Positions 20,301 to 32,300 of a stretch of DNA of 64,000 nucleotides are shown one piece after another. Under the pieces are notes generated by a model. The model was not told where the DNA came from. It was given only the letters and a program-made list of their open reading frames with translations, and did not search any database. Origin of the DNA: a virus; the IMG/VR virus record IMGVR_UViG_3300034418_006779, positions 32,001-96,000 of that record. One strand, 5' to 3'. The position numbers and the translations under genes were made by a program. Each line of letters opens with the position of its first letter. Within the stretch, counting starts at the first letter, position 1.

Positions 20301-23300
20301 GTTTTCACACAAGAAGAACTTACTGGTTTGATCTCCTATGTTCAAGAGTACTTTGCTGGTACTGAGAAAGCATCTCTATTGGATTTGATTGACTACCAGA
20401 ACAAGATCATTCGCCCTGCTCAAGATGTCGCTAAAGCTGTTGAGACCCGACACGCATATGGTATTGAGTTTATGGATTCATTATCTTATGAAGCTGCTAA
20501 AGAACTTAGCAACTTGGTTAGTGATATGAAGAAAAGGTACAACGAAAACGATGAGGAAATCAAGCCCGATGATGTAGGTAAACTCGTTATGCTAATGACC
20601 AAAGGTCTTAAAACCAGCATAAGTTCTGCCAACATGACTAAGCTTAAGACTTATTTAATAGATGTAATTCATGACAGAGCAATGTCAGTTGAAGAAATCT
20701 ATACAGCAACAGAGTCTTATACCATTAGCCCATATGGAGAAGAAGATATTAAAGCAGTGGAGAAAGAGTTTAAGGCAGAAGAGTCTACCGGGGCAGTCAG
20801 CGCCGTAAACCCACCTTCTGACGAACAAGAGGCTGCGGACTTGGCAGAGCTAGATGCTATTAGAGCTATGTTCCCTAACTCAGATGATGAATCTGCTAGC
20901 CTATATGGATTTACTCCGGCTCAGCAAAAGTTTGTAGACACTCATTATGTTGAAGGAGTTGATGTACTCAATCAAGGAGCTTTCATTAAGAACATGTTAG
21001 CTGAATTGTTTGATAAAGTAATCTATAATCCTAAGGGAGTTAAAGTGAAGTTGGAAGAGTATGTTCCTCAATTAAAGTACAATACTGTTAACATGAGGAA
21101 AGATCTTCGAAGAAAAGCAGCTGCTATTCATGAGCAGATCAAAAGCAAGTATGATGCGGATACCTACAGTATGCAACAAGCAGCAAAAGATCCTGATAAT
21201 GCAGCACAGTTCAGCGAGATTCTTCAGCTTGATGCCAGAGCGAAAAAGCTTGACTTGATGATAGCTGGTTGGGACAAAATAGAAGGATTGTTATATGAGA
21301 GACTTACTAACACTGCCGGGTTTAAAATGTCAAAGGACAAATCAGCTCGTAAAGAAGTTGACCTAGACACTCCTGCCGAACATGAGGGAGAGAATGTAAG
21401 CTCTGATGAGGAAATGACCGAGTCAGATTTCTCAAAGAAGAAATTTGATTCTCTTGTTGGTGAAGTAGATCCTAAAGCTAGTGCATCTCCCTTGCTTAAG
21501 ATGTTCTTGTCCACTATTCCTAGAAGTGAGATTGATCCAGAAACCGGAAAAGCTATTGGAGGATTTAGTTGGTATAAAGGAACTGAATATGTAGACTTTG
21601 ATAAGGTGTGGGGATTCTTGAAAGAGACTCTAGCAAACAAGTGGTCTGACCGTAAGGCAATGATTGAGGAGTTAGAAAACTATACTACTTCTCATCCGTA
21701 TGTTCAACACATCATTGACTTGCTACAGCGTGACAAAACTCATGCTGCTACATTACAGCCTAGGATTTTAGCAGAACTACAGAACGATCCAGCATATTTT
21801 ACTAAGTATACAAACGAGCAACTAGAGAAGATGTCTTGGGACCGAGCAAACTATCGGGTCCAGAAACAAATGCAATTAGCTAGACAGCTTATCGTAGCCG
21901 TTCGTTCTACTGCGATCAATATGTACATGGTGATGGCTTACTCCAACTTGACAGGAGGAGACAGCTATAGTAGATATAAAACTATCCCGGCTAACAGGAA
22001 TAAGGTGGACAAAAAGGTTAGAGATCAATGGACTATTAACCTAAAACAAACTGCTTTGTACTCTCCTAAGTCAGAGTTTGATGCTACGTTATATCCTAAT
22101 ACATCTAGAATAGACGCACTGTTTAACAAGTATGATAATCAGTATCGTAAAACTTTAGATCATCTTGTAGGTTTCCTATCTGAGATAGGAGTTACTCTAT
22201 CTGACGAAGTAATAGCTGACATCATTAAATGGGATGGTAACATTCCACTAAGTGGGGGAGAGTGGGTAGAAGCTGGAGAATTATTGTCAGTATTGCTCAG
22301 TGATAAAGGACTTCGTCCTAAAATGGTTAACAATCTACCTCTAGCAGCATCCAACCCTCTTAACGATGGATATATTCAGAGTCTATCCCGTCTACAAGCT
22401 AAGCATGAACAAGGTCTAAGACCTCAGTCAGCAAGGATTAACAATAAATCTATTTATGAGTATACGACTACTCAGTTTAATGCGGACCATTTAAGAGAGC
22501 TACAAGAAGATGGAGATATGATTGCAAACTTCTCAAAGTCTCATTTCTCTGCTAAGTCACTATGGCTTCAAGATTCTTATGATCATACAGGAGGAGTAAT
22601 GATGATCGATGAGGAAACAGGTCAACCTGTATCTACTGGTTTAGGTCTTCATGAAATGGAGTTCTTTACCGTATCGCTTAATCCATACAAAGAAGATTGG
22701 CAAACAAGTTCTGGTAACCCGGTTCCATTACAGGATCGTAATGAGTTACAGCATGAACTTACAAAGATTGCTCACTTCCAAGAAGGATTTGAAGGCGGTT
22801 CCGAGTTTCAAACATATGAAGAAGGAGAACCTGTTAGACGTAGACGCACTAGTCTGTTTTATCCTACTAACTCTAACAAAGAGAGGGCTACAGGCTTTAG
22901 AGGAATCAAGGCTATTGTCAGTTCTTTTTATGGACAAGAGAATCGAATTGTGCTTACAGACGAGACTCTTGATGTCGCGATGGAACAGTTAGTGGAACCT
23001 GAGTTTAACAGAATTGTAAAGATTCAGTCTCTAATTGCTGCAGGGGACACTCCTAGAATTAAAGCATATGCTCACGGAGGACAGATGTTTCACTTTATTC
23101 CATCTCTTAATAATATGGAAGAACTTTGGGATGAATTTGGACAACTGAATACAGAGGCATTAAATGATCCTAAGATTCAAGAACTAGTTAGAGATCGAGT
23201 TAGTAAACATTTAATTAAACTAGGACAGAAGAAATATAAATTCTGGAAAAAGGCTGGTATCGGAGCTACTAAAGAAATCGAAACTAAGAGTGGTAACACT

Positions 23301-26300
23301 ATTAAGAAGCATTTTCAGGGGCTCGACAAGTTCTACATGCACAAGATGTTTGGAGCCAACAAGAACATGACTGATCAACAAAGAGAGTTGGCCATTCAGA
23401 AAGCAGCTCTTGATATGGAGATCAACTACATGATTGCAAATGCAAACATGTATATGTTATTTATTGGTGACCCAGCTTTGTATTTTAAACCTAGCATGAC
23501 TAAGGATCTCATCAAGAAATATCCAGACCCTATTGATTTTATCAGGGCGTATCATTCTGAGGTTAACGATGAGTATAGAATCAATGTGGTCAAAGATACA
23601 TTCGATAATGCTGGTAAACGTCTAGCAGGGGATATTGCTCCTGGATATGAGTTAGCAGATACAGCTAACCCAGATTTTGCAGATGATCTTGAGATTAATT
23701 ATATGTTCTTAGGCGATGTTAAAATTGCTAGTGTAGAAAAAGAATACTTAAAACGATTAGGATTGGGAGATGCCTATGATGGGCTCGAAGGTGCAGATGG
23801 TCAGGAGTATACTCACTGGTCAGAGCACTTAAAAATACTATATCATTTGGGTAGACTGACAGATGATGATTATGAGAGAATTACAGATAAACTAGACAGA
23901 GGTGAAGACCTGAATGATTCAGATTTGAAGACTGTTCTTCAGCCAATGAAACCTGTTTATGTTAACAACAGATGGGATGAGGGATTAAGTACTTACATCA
24001 GAACCTATGTTAAAACGTCTGCATTCCCTCTACTTCCACAGCTGACTCGTGATCTCGAAATAGATAAGCTAACTCAATTTTTAGAAGAAAGATACCAAGA
24101 TCCAGAAGCACTGACAATACATCGCGTTCCTATGATGTCTGGTACTAAGGTTGGTGGATTTAGCGATGCCGTTGAGTTCATGAATGCAGATGGTACATTT
24201 AAGACATCGGAAGAATTGGCAGAGGCCGGAGCCTTTAATCAAGATCTACACGTGATTACTGTACCTCGCCAAGGATTTAGAATTCAGCAAGATGTTCCTT
24301 ACAAAGAAGATAAAGATGAGATCAACCGTGTATCGCAGGCTGCTAAACTTTTGGTAGTAAACATGATGGGGCAGAAAGGATTTGAACCCAAGAGGTTTAT
24401 TATAGATAATAGAATCTATGACCTCGTTCCTTCTATTAGAGAGTTCTTCATTGATGATGAAGGCAATGAAATAGACCATGACTTCTCAGGAGAGGATATG
24501 AATAAGATCTATAATGCCATATTCAAATATCTGTATGAGGAAGACATGAGAGGATTCGTAAACGAATTCATGGAAGAGAATGGAGAAGACCTCGACTGGA
24601 ATAAAGTAAAGGATGTAATTAGAGACGAGGCAATAGCACGTAACTATCCACCAACAATGGTGGACGCTATTGATATGTTTGATGATGTAGCATTCTTGAA
24701 GTTCTCACCATACGCTCTACAGTTTCAAGCCTTGCTTAACTCTATTGTTAATAACAGAGTGTTGAAGAAAACAATGCCAGGCCACTCATACGTACTTGGA
24801 TCAGAGGAAGGATTTAGAATTCAGGAAGGACTTACAGAAGATAATCTTAAGAATACTGAGATTATCTATACTGGTTCATTCAATGGTAAATATCTACAAC
24901 CCGCTAGATACTTGACAGTAGAAAATGCTAATGAAAAAGAAATTGCTGATGCTAGAAAGGAGAACAGAATTCTTAAAGAGGAGAAAGATGGTGTAGAAGT
25001 AGAATACATTGTAACCGAAAAAGGTAAAAAAATTATGAGGGGAGATCAAGTATTTGTAGCTCCTAGATTTAAAATTGAAGATAAAAACGGGAAAGAGCGT
25101 TATATTGATCTTAGAGAAACTTATTCAGATGGTACATATAAGTGGTTGAACAAGGACAAGAACGGAAGGCTTACTCTCAAGAAGAGTAAATTCTCTAAAC
25201 AAGCTCTTGAGATGTTTGGAATGCGTATCCCTAACCAGGGTCCTAACTCCACAGCATATATTGAGATTGCAGGGTTCTTACCTAAGAAGATGGGGGACTT
25301 GATTATTGCACCTCGTGACTTCACAGCTCGAATGGGTTCTGACTTTGACGTTGATAAACTGTACTGTTATCAATATTACTATTCTGTTAACAAGTCTGGT
25401 AAGATTGTGGCTTATAAAGGAAAAAATGATAAGAAGAGATTAAAAAATGCATTGGTGAATGTTCACATGACTATTACTAGTAACCCGGATGAGAATGTAC
25501 AGAAAGCTATCAGTACTCCATTGAATGAGTGGAGACTTGGTGAGATTGGTAATACCATATTAGGATTCAGAGAGAAGAGATTTTCTGAAAGAGATCCTGA
25601 GACTGGCGAAGTTATTCCAGCTAATGAATCCTTTAGTGGAATATCCTCTGAGTATCAGAGAACTAAGTATCTCAATGCTCGTGCTGGTAAGATTGGTGTA
25701 GGTGTATTCTCTCAGGATTCAGTATTTAATGCTATGCTGCAGCAGCATAGAGTTACCTTAATGAGACAACAAACTGACGATTCTTGGGATGACCATTTCG
25801 AAAAGTTTGGGGATCAGGACTCGAAGCTAATGTACACAACGGACACTACTGATGGAACACTAACTAAGATGGAGGTTATCTCTGCTTGGCAGTCTGCGGC
25901 GGTGGACGATGAAACATTACAGATTCTTTATAAGCTGAATGTTAACTCTACTACTATGCCGGTTGTTAGGTATATGAACCAGATTGGTTTTGTTGAGGAG
26001 ACTCCATGGTTCTTGACTCAAGATGCTATGTTTGACTACTTAGACTTTTTGAACCAAGGTATGAAAAGAGCTGATGCGGTTAGTGCAGTATTTAAAAAGT
26101 ACAACATCAAATTTCCTGATGAAGCTGAAAAACTGAAGGAGTTTAAGAACGATTTATATGAAGAAGCTAATGAAATTGGATTAGATAAACTCAAGCACAT
26201 GGTTGAGAATGGCCCTGACTCTGATGATTATACTCCAGAAGAGTATGCTAGAATTCAAGGAGCACTGTTCTATAAGTTTCTAGACTTCACTAAGAAAGGC

Positions 26301-29300
26301 GAAGACATTGGAGACTTACAGCGTAGGCTGGGTCGTGATACCAAAACAGTTGGTAAGAACTTGATTGAAACTTTGGAGATTCTTAAGCCAGCGGAGAATA
26401 AATCTAAGATGTATAAGATGGCTAATGAAGAGAAGTTATTTAATGAGACAATTCCTGGTTGGATTTACATGAATGCTTTACCATTGGCTCTTAAGTTTGA
26501 TGATATATTTCAAGTACAGTCACCTCTTATAGAAGAAGTATATTCGTTCTTAGATGACGCTGTACGCTGGACACTACCCAATGATACTCGTGAGAAAATC
26601 TACAAACATATGATTTCTTACTTTTTCTCACTACCTAAATTTGGTATGTTTGATGGAGACGTTGTGTCAGCTAGAGAAAGACTATTTTTTGACAGCAGGG
26701 TAACAAATGGAATGCTGTGGGATAGAATGATCGAGCAACAACTGCAAGGATTGAGAGATAAAATCTCTTCTCGATTTGTAGTAGGAGAGACTACTGATAA
26801 TCAAGCTATTGAGTATGTAGCTGCCTCAGATACTTACATTATCTCATCGGCTCTTGATCTAAACGCTGTTACATCTATGATGGATAGAGCAGCTATATTT
26901 GATGAGAAATCTACTAAGAACAGCTTTATCATTAAGCATTGGAACAAACCTACTAAGAAAGAGCGAAACAAAGCAGTTAATACAGACGGGAAGAAAGGAC
27001 GGTTAGAGTCTACTTTTAATAGTGACCCTACTCAACTTCAGAAGTTTGTAGTAGCAGCAAAAATATATTCTTTGGCTAATCAATCAGAGAAAATTGAAGC
27101 AGCTCATTTTAAGTACGCGTTGAATAACTTCATTAAACTAGCGCAAGCTAGAGATGTGAATCCTGTGAATAATATGTCATTGGCATCTATTTTCTCAAAT
27201 ATTATGTCACATGATTATGTTAGGAACAATCCTTTCTTGATTGGTATGACCGCAGACATTAATGAACAAGGAATTAGTAAGCTAACTTTCAATGCTACCG
27301 AAGGAACGTTAATGAACGAGCGAGTTTATAGTGAGGCTTTTCTAAATCTATTTAATGACGTACGCCAACCTGTGTTAGGAGTATTCAACGGAATACGATA
27401 TACGCCCAAGTTATTAGGACAGGAATTAATTAAGTATGCTATGCTCTCCGGTGCTAAACAGGAAGCGATTGAATTTACTAAATATATTCCGCCAAGTATT
27501 CTATACAATCTCCCTCTTGCTTCTCCAGATGGTAGAACAATAGGTGACGAGGTTAGTAACGCTTCACTTAGAGATCTAGACATGTTCCAGAACTTTAAGT
27601 ACCAGTTCCTACAGCACATGTCAGAGCATCTGATCAAGGTTAGTTCTTACTCAATGGATCTTGACAACTACGTTAAGAAAGGTAAGAAGTTTAACCATAA
27701 AGAAGACCTACTTCCTGCTGTTATTGATAAGTCCAGAATTAACTTCAAGGATAACAATATCAAAACAGAAGAGGGTGAGTTCTTCATTCCACATGCTTTT
27801 GTTACTGAAGAGGTAGCTACTAAAAAGATGGTAGTATATGTCAGTAACAGAAATAACAAGTACCATAAGGTAGATAGTCTTGGAGTATTCGGTATGAGAG
27901 AGTATGATCCTAGTAAGCAGTTTGCTGCGTCAACAGTGAACCATGCGGCTAATACTACTACTCATGTAAACTTTGCTGATAACTATAGTGATGATCTTGT
28001 TAAGTGGGAGAAAGCTCAAGTACTCAAACCTATGGAAGTAGAGGAGTTTGAGAGACTCATAGATGCAAACTTAATGAGTGAGACAGCTACTCCTAGTATG
28101 GCCGAAGTTATTACTGCAACTAAGAAGTATACTAAGTTTGACTTTGAAAAGAGTATGCTTGAAACCTACGCTCAGATGGCAATTCTAACTGGTGTAGAGT
28201 TTAGTGTTAATCAACCTGTTGAAGGAACTTCAAGATATGATAATGAAACATATTATGATCCAGCATCTAACAGAGTTAACATCAACAAAGACACTCTAGA
28301 TAAAGTAACTGAGATCTTAGGCTCGAAAGGAGAAGCGTTTAAGTACTTGCTGATGCACGAGCTGGGTCACGCCTTTACTAAAATGTTTATTCATAAACAT
28401 CCTTCACATCGCTTGACCATTCAGATCAAACAACTACAACAAGAGTTTGTTAGAAACTTGGATAAAGAATCTGATGCATGGAAAGAATTGGTAGAAGAAA
28501 ATGCTTACATTGAAAATACTCTTACTGACATTCATGAGTTCATAGCTTACGCTATGAGCGATAACAAGTTCCAGAAAGTACTTGCCGGGATGAAGAGAAA
28601 GAACGAATCAATGTTGAACAAGTTCTTCCGTTTGATCAAAGGGATCATAGGAGATTTGGCTAGAATGTTGGGAGTTAAAATCAATGACACTCTCTTGGAA
28701 ATCACATTAACTAATGTAATGCAGATGCAATCTCTGTACGCAGCTTCCGTTTCGGATGTAGATCCGGATACTGGAGTCTCAGCTTTTGAACAACTTACAG
28801 AGGGATCTAATGCAGGAATAGTAATTTATGAGATGGATGGAAAGATGTATGAGTTCACTCTTGATGGAGTAGGCGTTCCGATTAGTTATCGTAGAGGAAC
28901 TGATCTAACTAACCTACAAAGTCCTCGTTCGTACACAGGAGATAGATTAGTAGCAAAAACTAAGGAGCTCTATTATGATGCTCTCAAAGATGGAGCTATG
29001 ATTCTAGGTAAGACTACTGAGTCTACTCAAATGAGTTCAGAAATAAGCAAGAGACCTAGCATTGAAGAGACCATTGCTGCGATGGATAGAGCAGGTAGGA
29101 TCGAAAGAGATAGCGAAGGAAATTTGACAGATGTTAAAGCACTTAACGGTAAGTCATCTAAACTTTTCCATTCTCTTACTGAGATTGTTCCTGACGCTGA
29201 GCAAGCTCTTAGAGAGTATGCTAATGTAACAGCGTATAAGGGTGATTGGGATCAACTAGAACTAGACTCCAATGGGGAACCTGATTTGGTTGAACTAAAT

Positions 29301-32300
29301 GACATGGACGATGTTTCGTTCTTTGCTGCTTCTTCTAAAGGGAATAAAGGCGGTGCGGTTACGTATCAGTTCTTTATTGATAGTTTTAATCGTAGAAAAA
29401 TTAAGCTTGAGCGTGAGATGAATGTACTCTCTAAGGAGAGAGATCACCATGCCACAGCAATTGATAGAAAAGCATTCATTGAACTTCGAGTTCGTCAGAT
29501 TCAACAGGCAATTAATATTCTTAATGGACGGATAGAGCTCTTAAGACCTTTGACTAAGATTAGGAGTTTGAAAACCGAATTGAATAAGGATGTTACTATA
29601 CTGGAGAATTTAATTGGAGCTAATAAAAATCCAACTCTTCACGATTTAGAATTAGCTAGAGAGATTATTGAGTTTTGGAAAGTAGTAGGTAACTACTCAG
29701 GAGAAGAACATCCGTTCTTTGATGAGTCAGAGTTGATATCTATTAGAGAGCAGAAGCCCCCTAAAGGAAAGCGAATGAACGCCATGCAACAAGAGCGCAC
29801 GAAGCAGACTTTAGATAGAGCTATAAGTAATATGCAGACTTACCAAGGTATTCTACTTAGCAGATACAAAGACATTATTGATGATAGGAATAAGAAAACT
29901 TATGGAGCAGATCATGATATTAATTGGAATGACTTTATTAAAGATGTATCTGGAGTTGAAGCTCAGTTCTTAGATATTTCTCAAACAGATAATGAAGTAC
30001 TTCATCTATTGGGTGAGGCTGTTAAGGATGCTAACTGGAGAGCTAAAGTAGAATCGAATAAGATTGTAGCAGAAGTTGATGAAATGTTAGACAAACTGAG
30101 AGACTGGGCGAGCACAAGAGATGTAAGTTTGAATGAGGCTTTCGAAAGTTTGGCACAAACATTCTCTAATGACCATGATGAAAGAACCGGTAACTTGGTT
30201 GAGTTCGCTACATACGAATGGAGAAAAGAATTGCTACGTAAGAGACGATGGGCACAGCGACAAGGTACAATTGACGCAAGAAGTGCGGCAGAGTTCTCAC
30301 GCTTTGGTACCACAGGATTTGAAACAGAAAACGTACAGATATTCGACGACTCTCGTTATAGGGTGGAACAAGCCTATAGAGATAAAATGAATGATTTGTT
30401 TGGTGAGGAGGTTGCTCAAGATTTGTCTAACCAGGCTCGGGCATTAAGAGGTGAGTTTAGACGAGCTAAAGATGGATTTATCAGATTCTTAGATGGATTA
30501 ACTCTTACTACTGAGCAACGGGATCTTAGAATGAAGATGTGGGAATTTGAAAACGATCCAGAAGTTCATAGGAATATTTTAAAACACGGATACGTTAATA
30601 CAATTAAAGCAAACCAAATTGCTAAGATTAAAACAGGGAAGAAGTTTAAGTTGAGAAACGAAAAGAACTTCTTACCTATAGTAAGTGGTAAGTTTGTACT
30701 GACTGTTCCTAAATCTGCAGATCATGTAGATAAAAACTTCAAACGTTTATATAAACCTGAGAATAAACCTCTCTTGGATATGTATAAGTACGCAATAGAT
30801 AAGATTAATGAAATAAATGATTATCTTCCTGCGTATAAAACTAGGAATCTTCAAGAGAATACTCTCCCTTACATGTTACAGACTCATATCAATGAGTTCT
30901 GGCACGATCGTAAAAACCATGGTATGATCCATGCGAGTAAGGCTATCTGGGATCGCTTCCTTGTAGAAACAAGGCAAAGTAATTTTGATGAGGAATCATT
31001 TAGAATGAAAGATCCAAACGGCCAGCTGTCTGATGAGATTCAGGTTAGGTATATTAGAGGTAGAAAGAAGATTGATGACCATATTGACTTCAAAGTTACC
31101 GAATGGTTAGTTAACCAAGGAGATAGGAAGAAAGATGATGCTTATAAGAAAGACTTACAAGAGGTAAGAGCTGCTGCTGAAAGAGAGATCATAAATAAGT
31201 TGTCTGAAAAGCAAAGCTTTGACTTAGGACAAGTACTTAAAGCGTATGCTATTTTTGGTCTTAACTACAAGCACAAGGCTGCTACTGAGGATCTTGTACG
31301 AGCTGTAGGGTATGTTGTTGACAAATCCGATGAGGCTCCTACACTAGATGGAAGTGCCGCACCTGCTGGTGGGCGTATGAGAAATATTAAGACTATGGTA
31401 GATTCATACAAAGATTCTTTCTTTAACTATCGTCCTATAGACAAAAACTTTGTTAGTAAAAAGAAAGAAGTTCTCACTCAAGATGAGAAAAAAGAACGTG
31501 AAGAGATTAAAGGGTTGATAGACACATTGAAAGATGACATTGTTCAGATGGGTGCAGACATGAAGAACGATAAGCTTACTAAGAAAGAGAAGCGTGCATT
31601 GAAAAATAAGATTGACGACTATGAAGATAGAATCAGCCGTCTTGAAGATCAGTATGCTAGAATTGGTGGAAAATTTAAGAGCGCATCTTATATTGATTTG
31701 TTACTTAGATACACTCGACTCAAAGGTATGGCGTGGAACGTCCCTGCGGCGTTTAGCAACATTGCTTTTGGACTTGTAGCAGGCATGAATCAAGCAGCTG
31801 ATGGACGAGTCTACGGCGACAACGAATACTTCACAGCGCTTTCGATTGCACTCAATGGGGTAGGTAGAAACTGGAGCTTTGGTAAAAAGACAATATTGCA
31901 TAAAGCAGATGTTAGCGAGAAGATTAGAAACGCAATGGACCATCTTGATATCTTAAAAGAGACTAAGTATGAGATCTTTAGTAAGAGTAAAGAAGGTACC
32001 AGAAAGTGGGATGATAAGATCAAATTCTTAGACCCATACAATCCTCAAGCTCGTTCGGAGTACTTCGTACAGTCTATTGATTTAATAGCTACAGCTTTAG
32101 CAACTAAAGTTACGCTTGCTGATGGAACCGAAACTAATCTATGGCATGCGATGGACAACAATCTGAATGTACCAGTTGGAGCAACCATCACTACTGATGC
32201 GGCTAGAGATAATATTACTGTTACTGAAGATAATCAATTAGATGCTCAGTTTTATCTTAAACAAAGAGCAGATAAAGTGATTAGAGAAAACCATGGTAAC

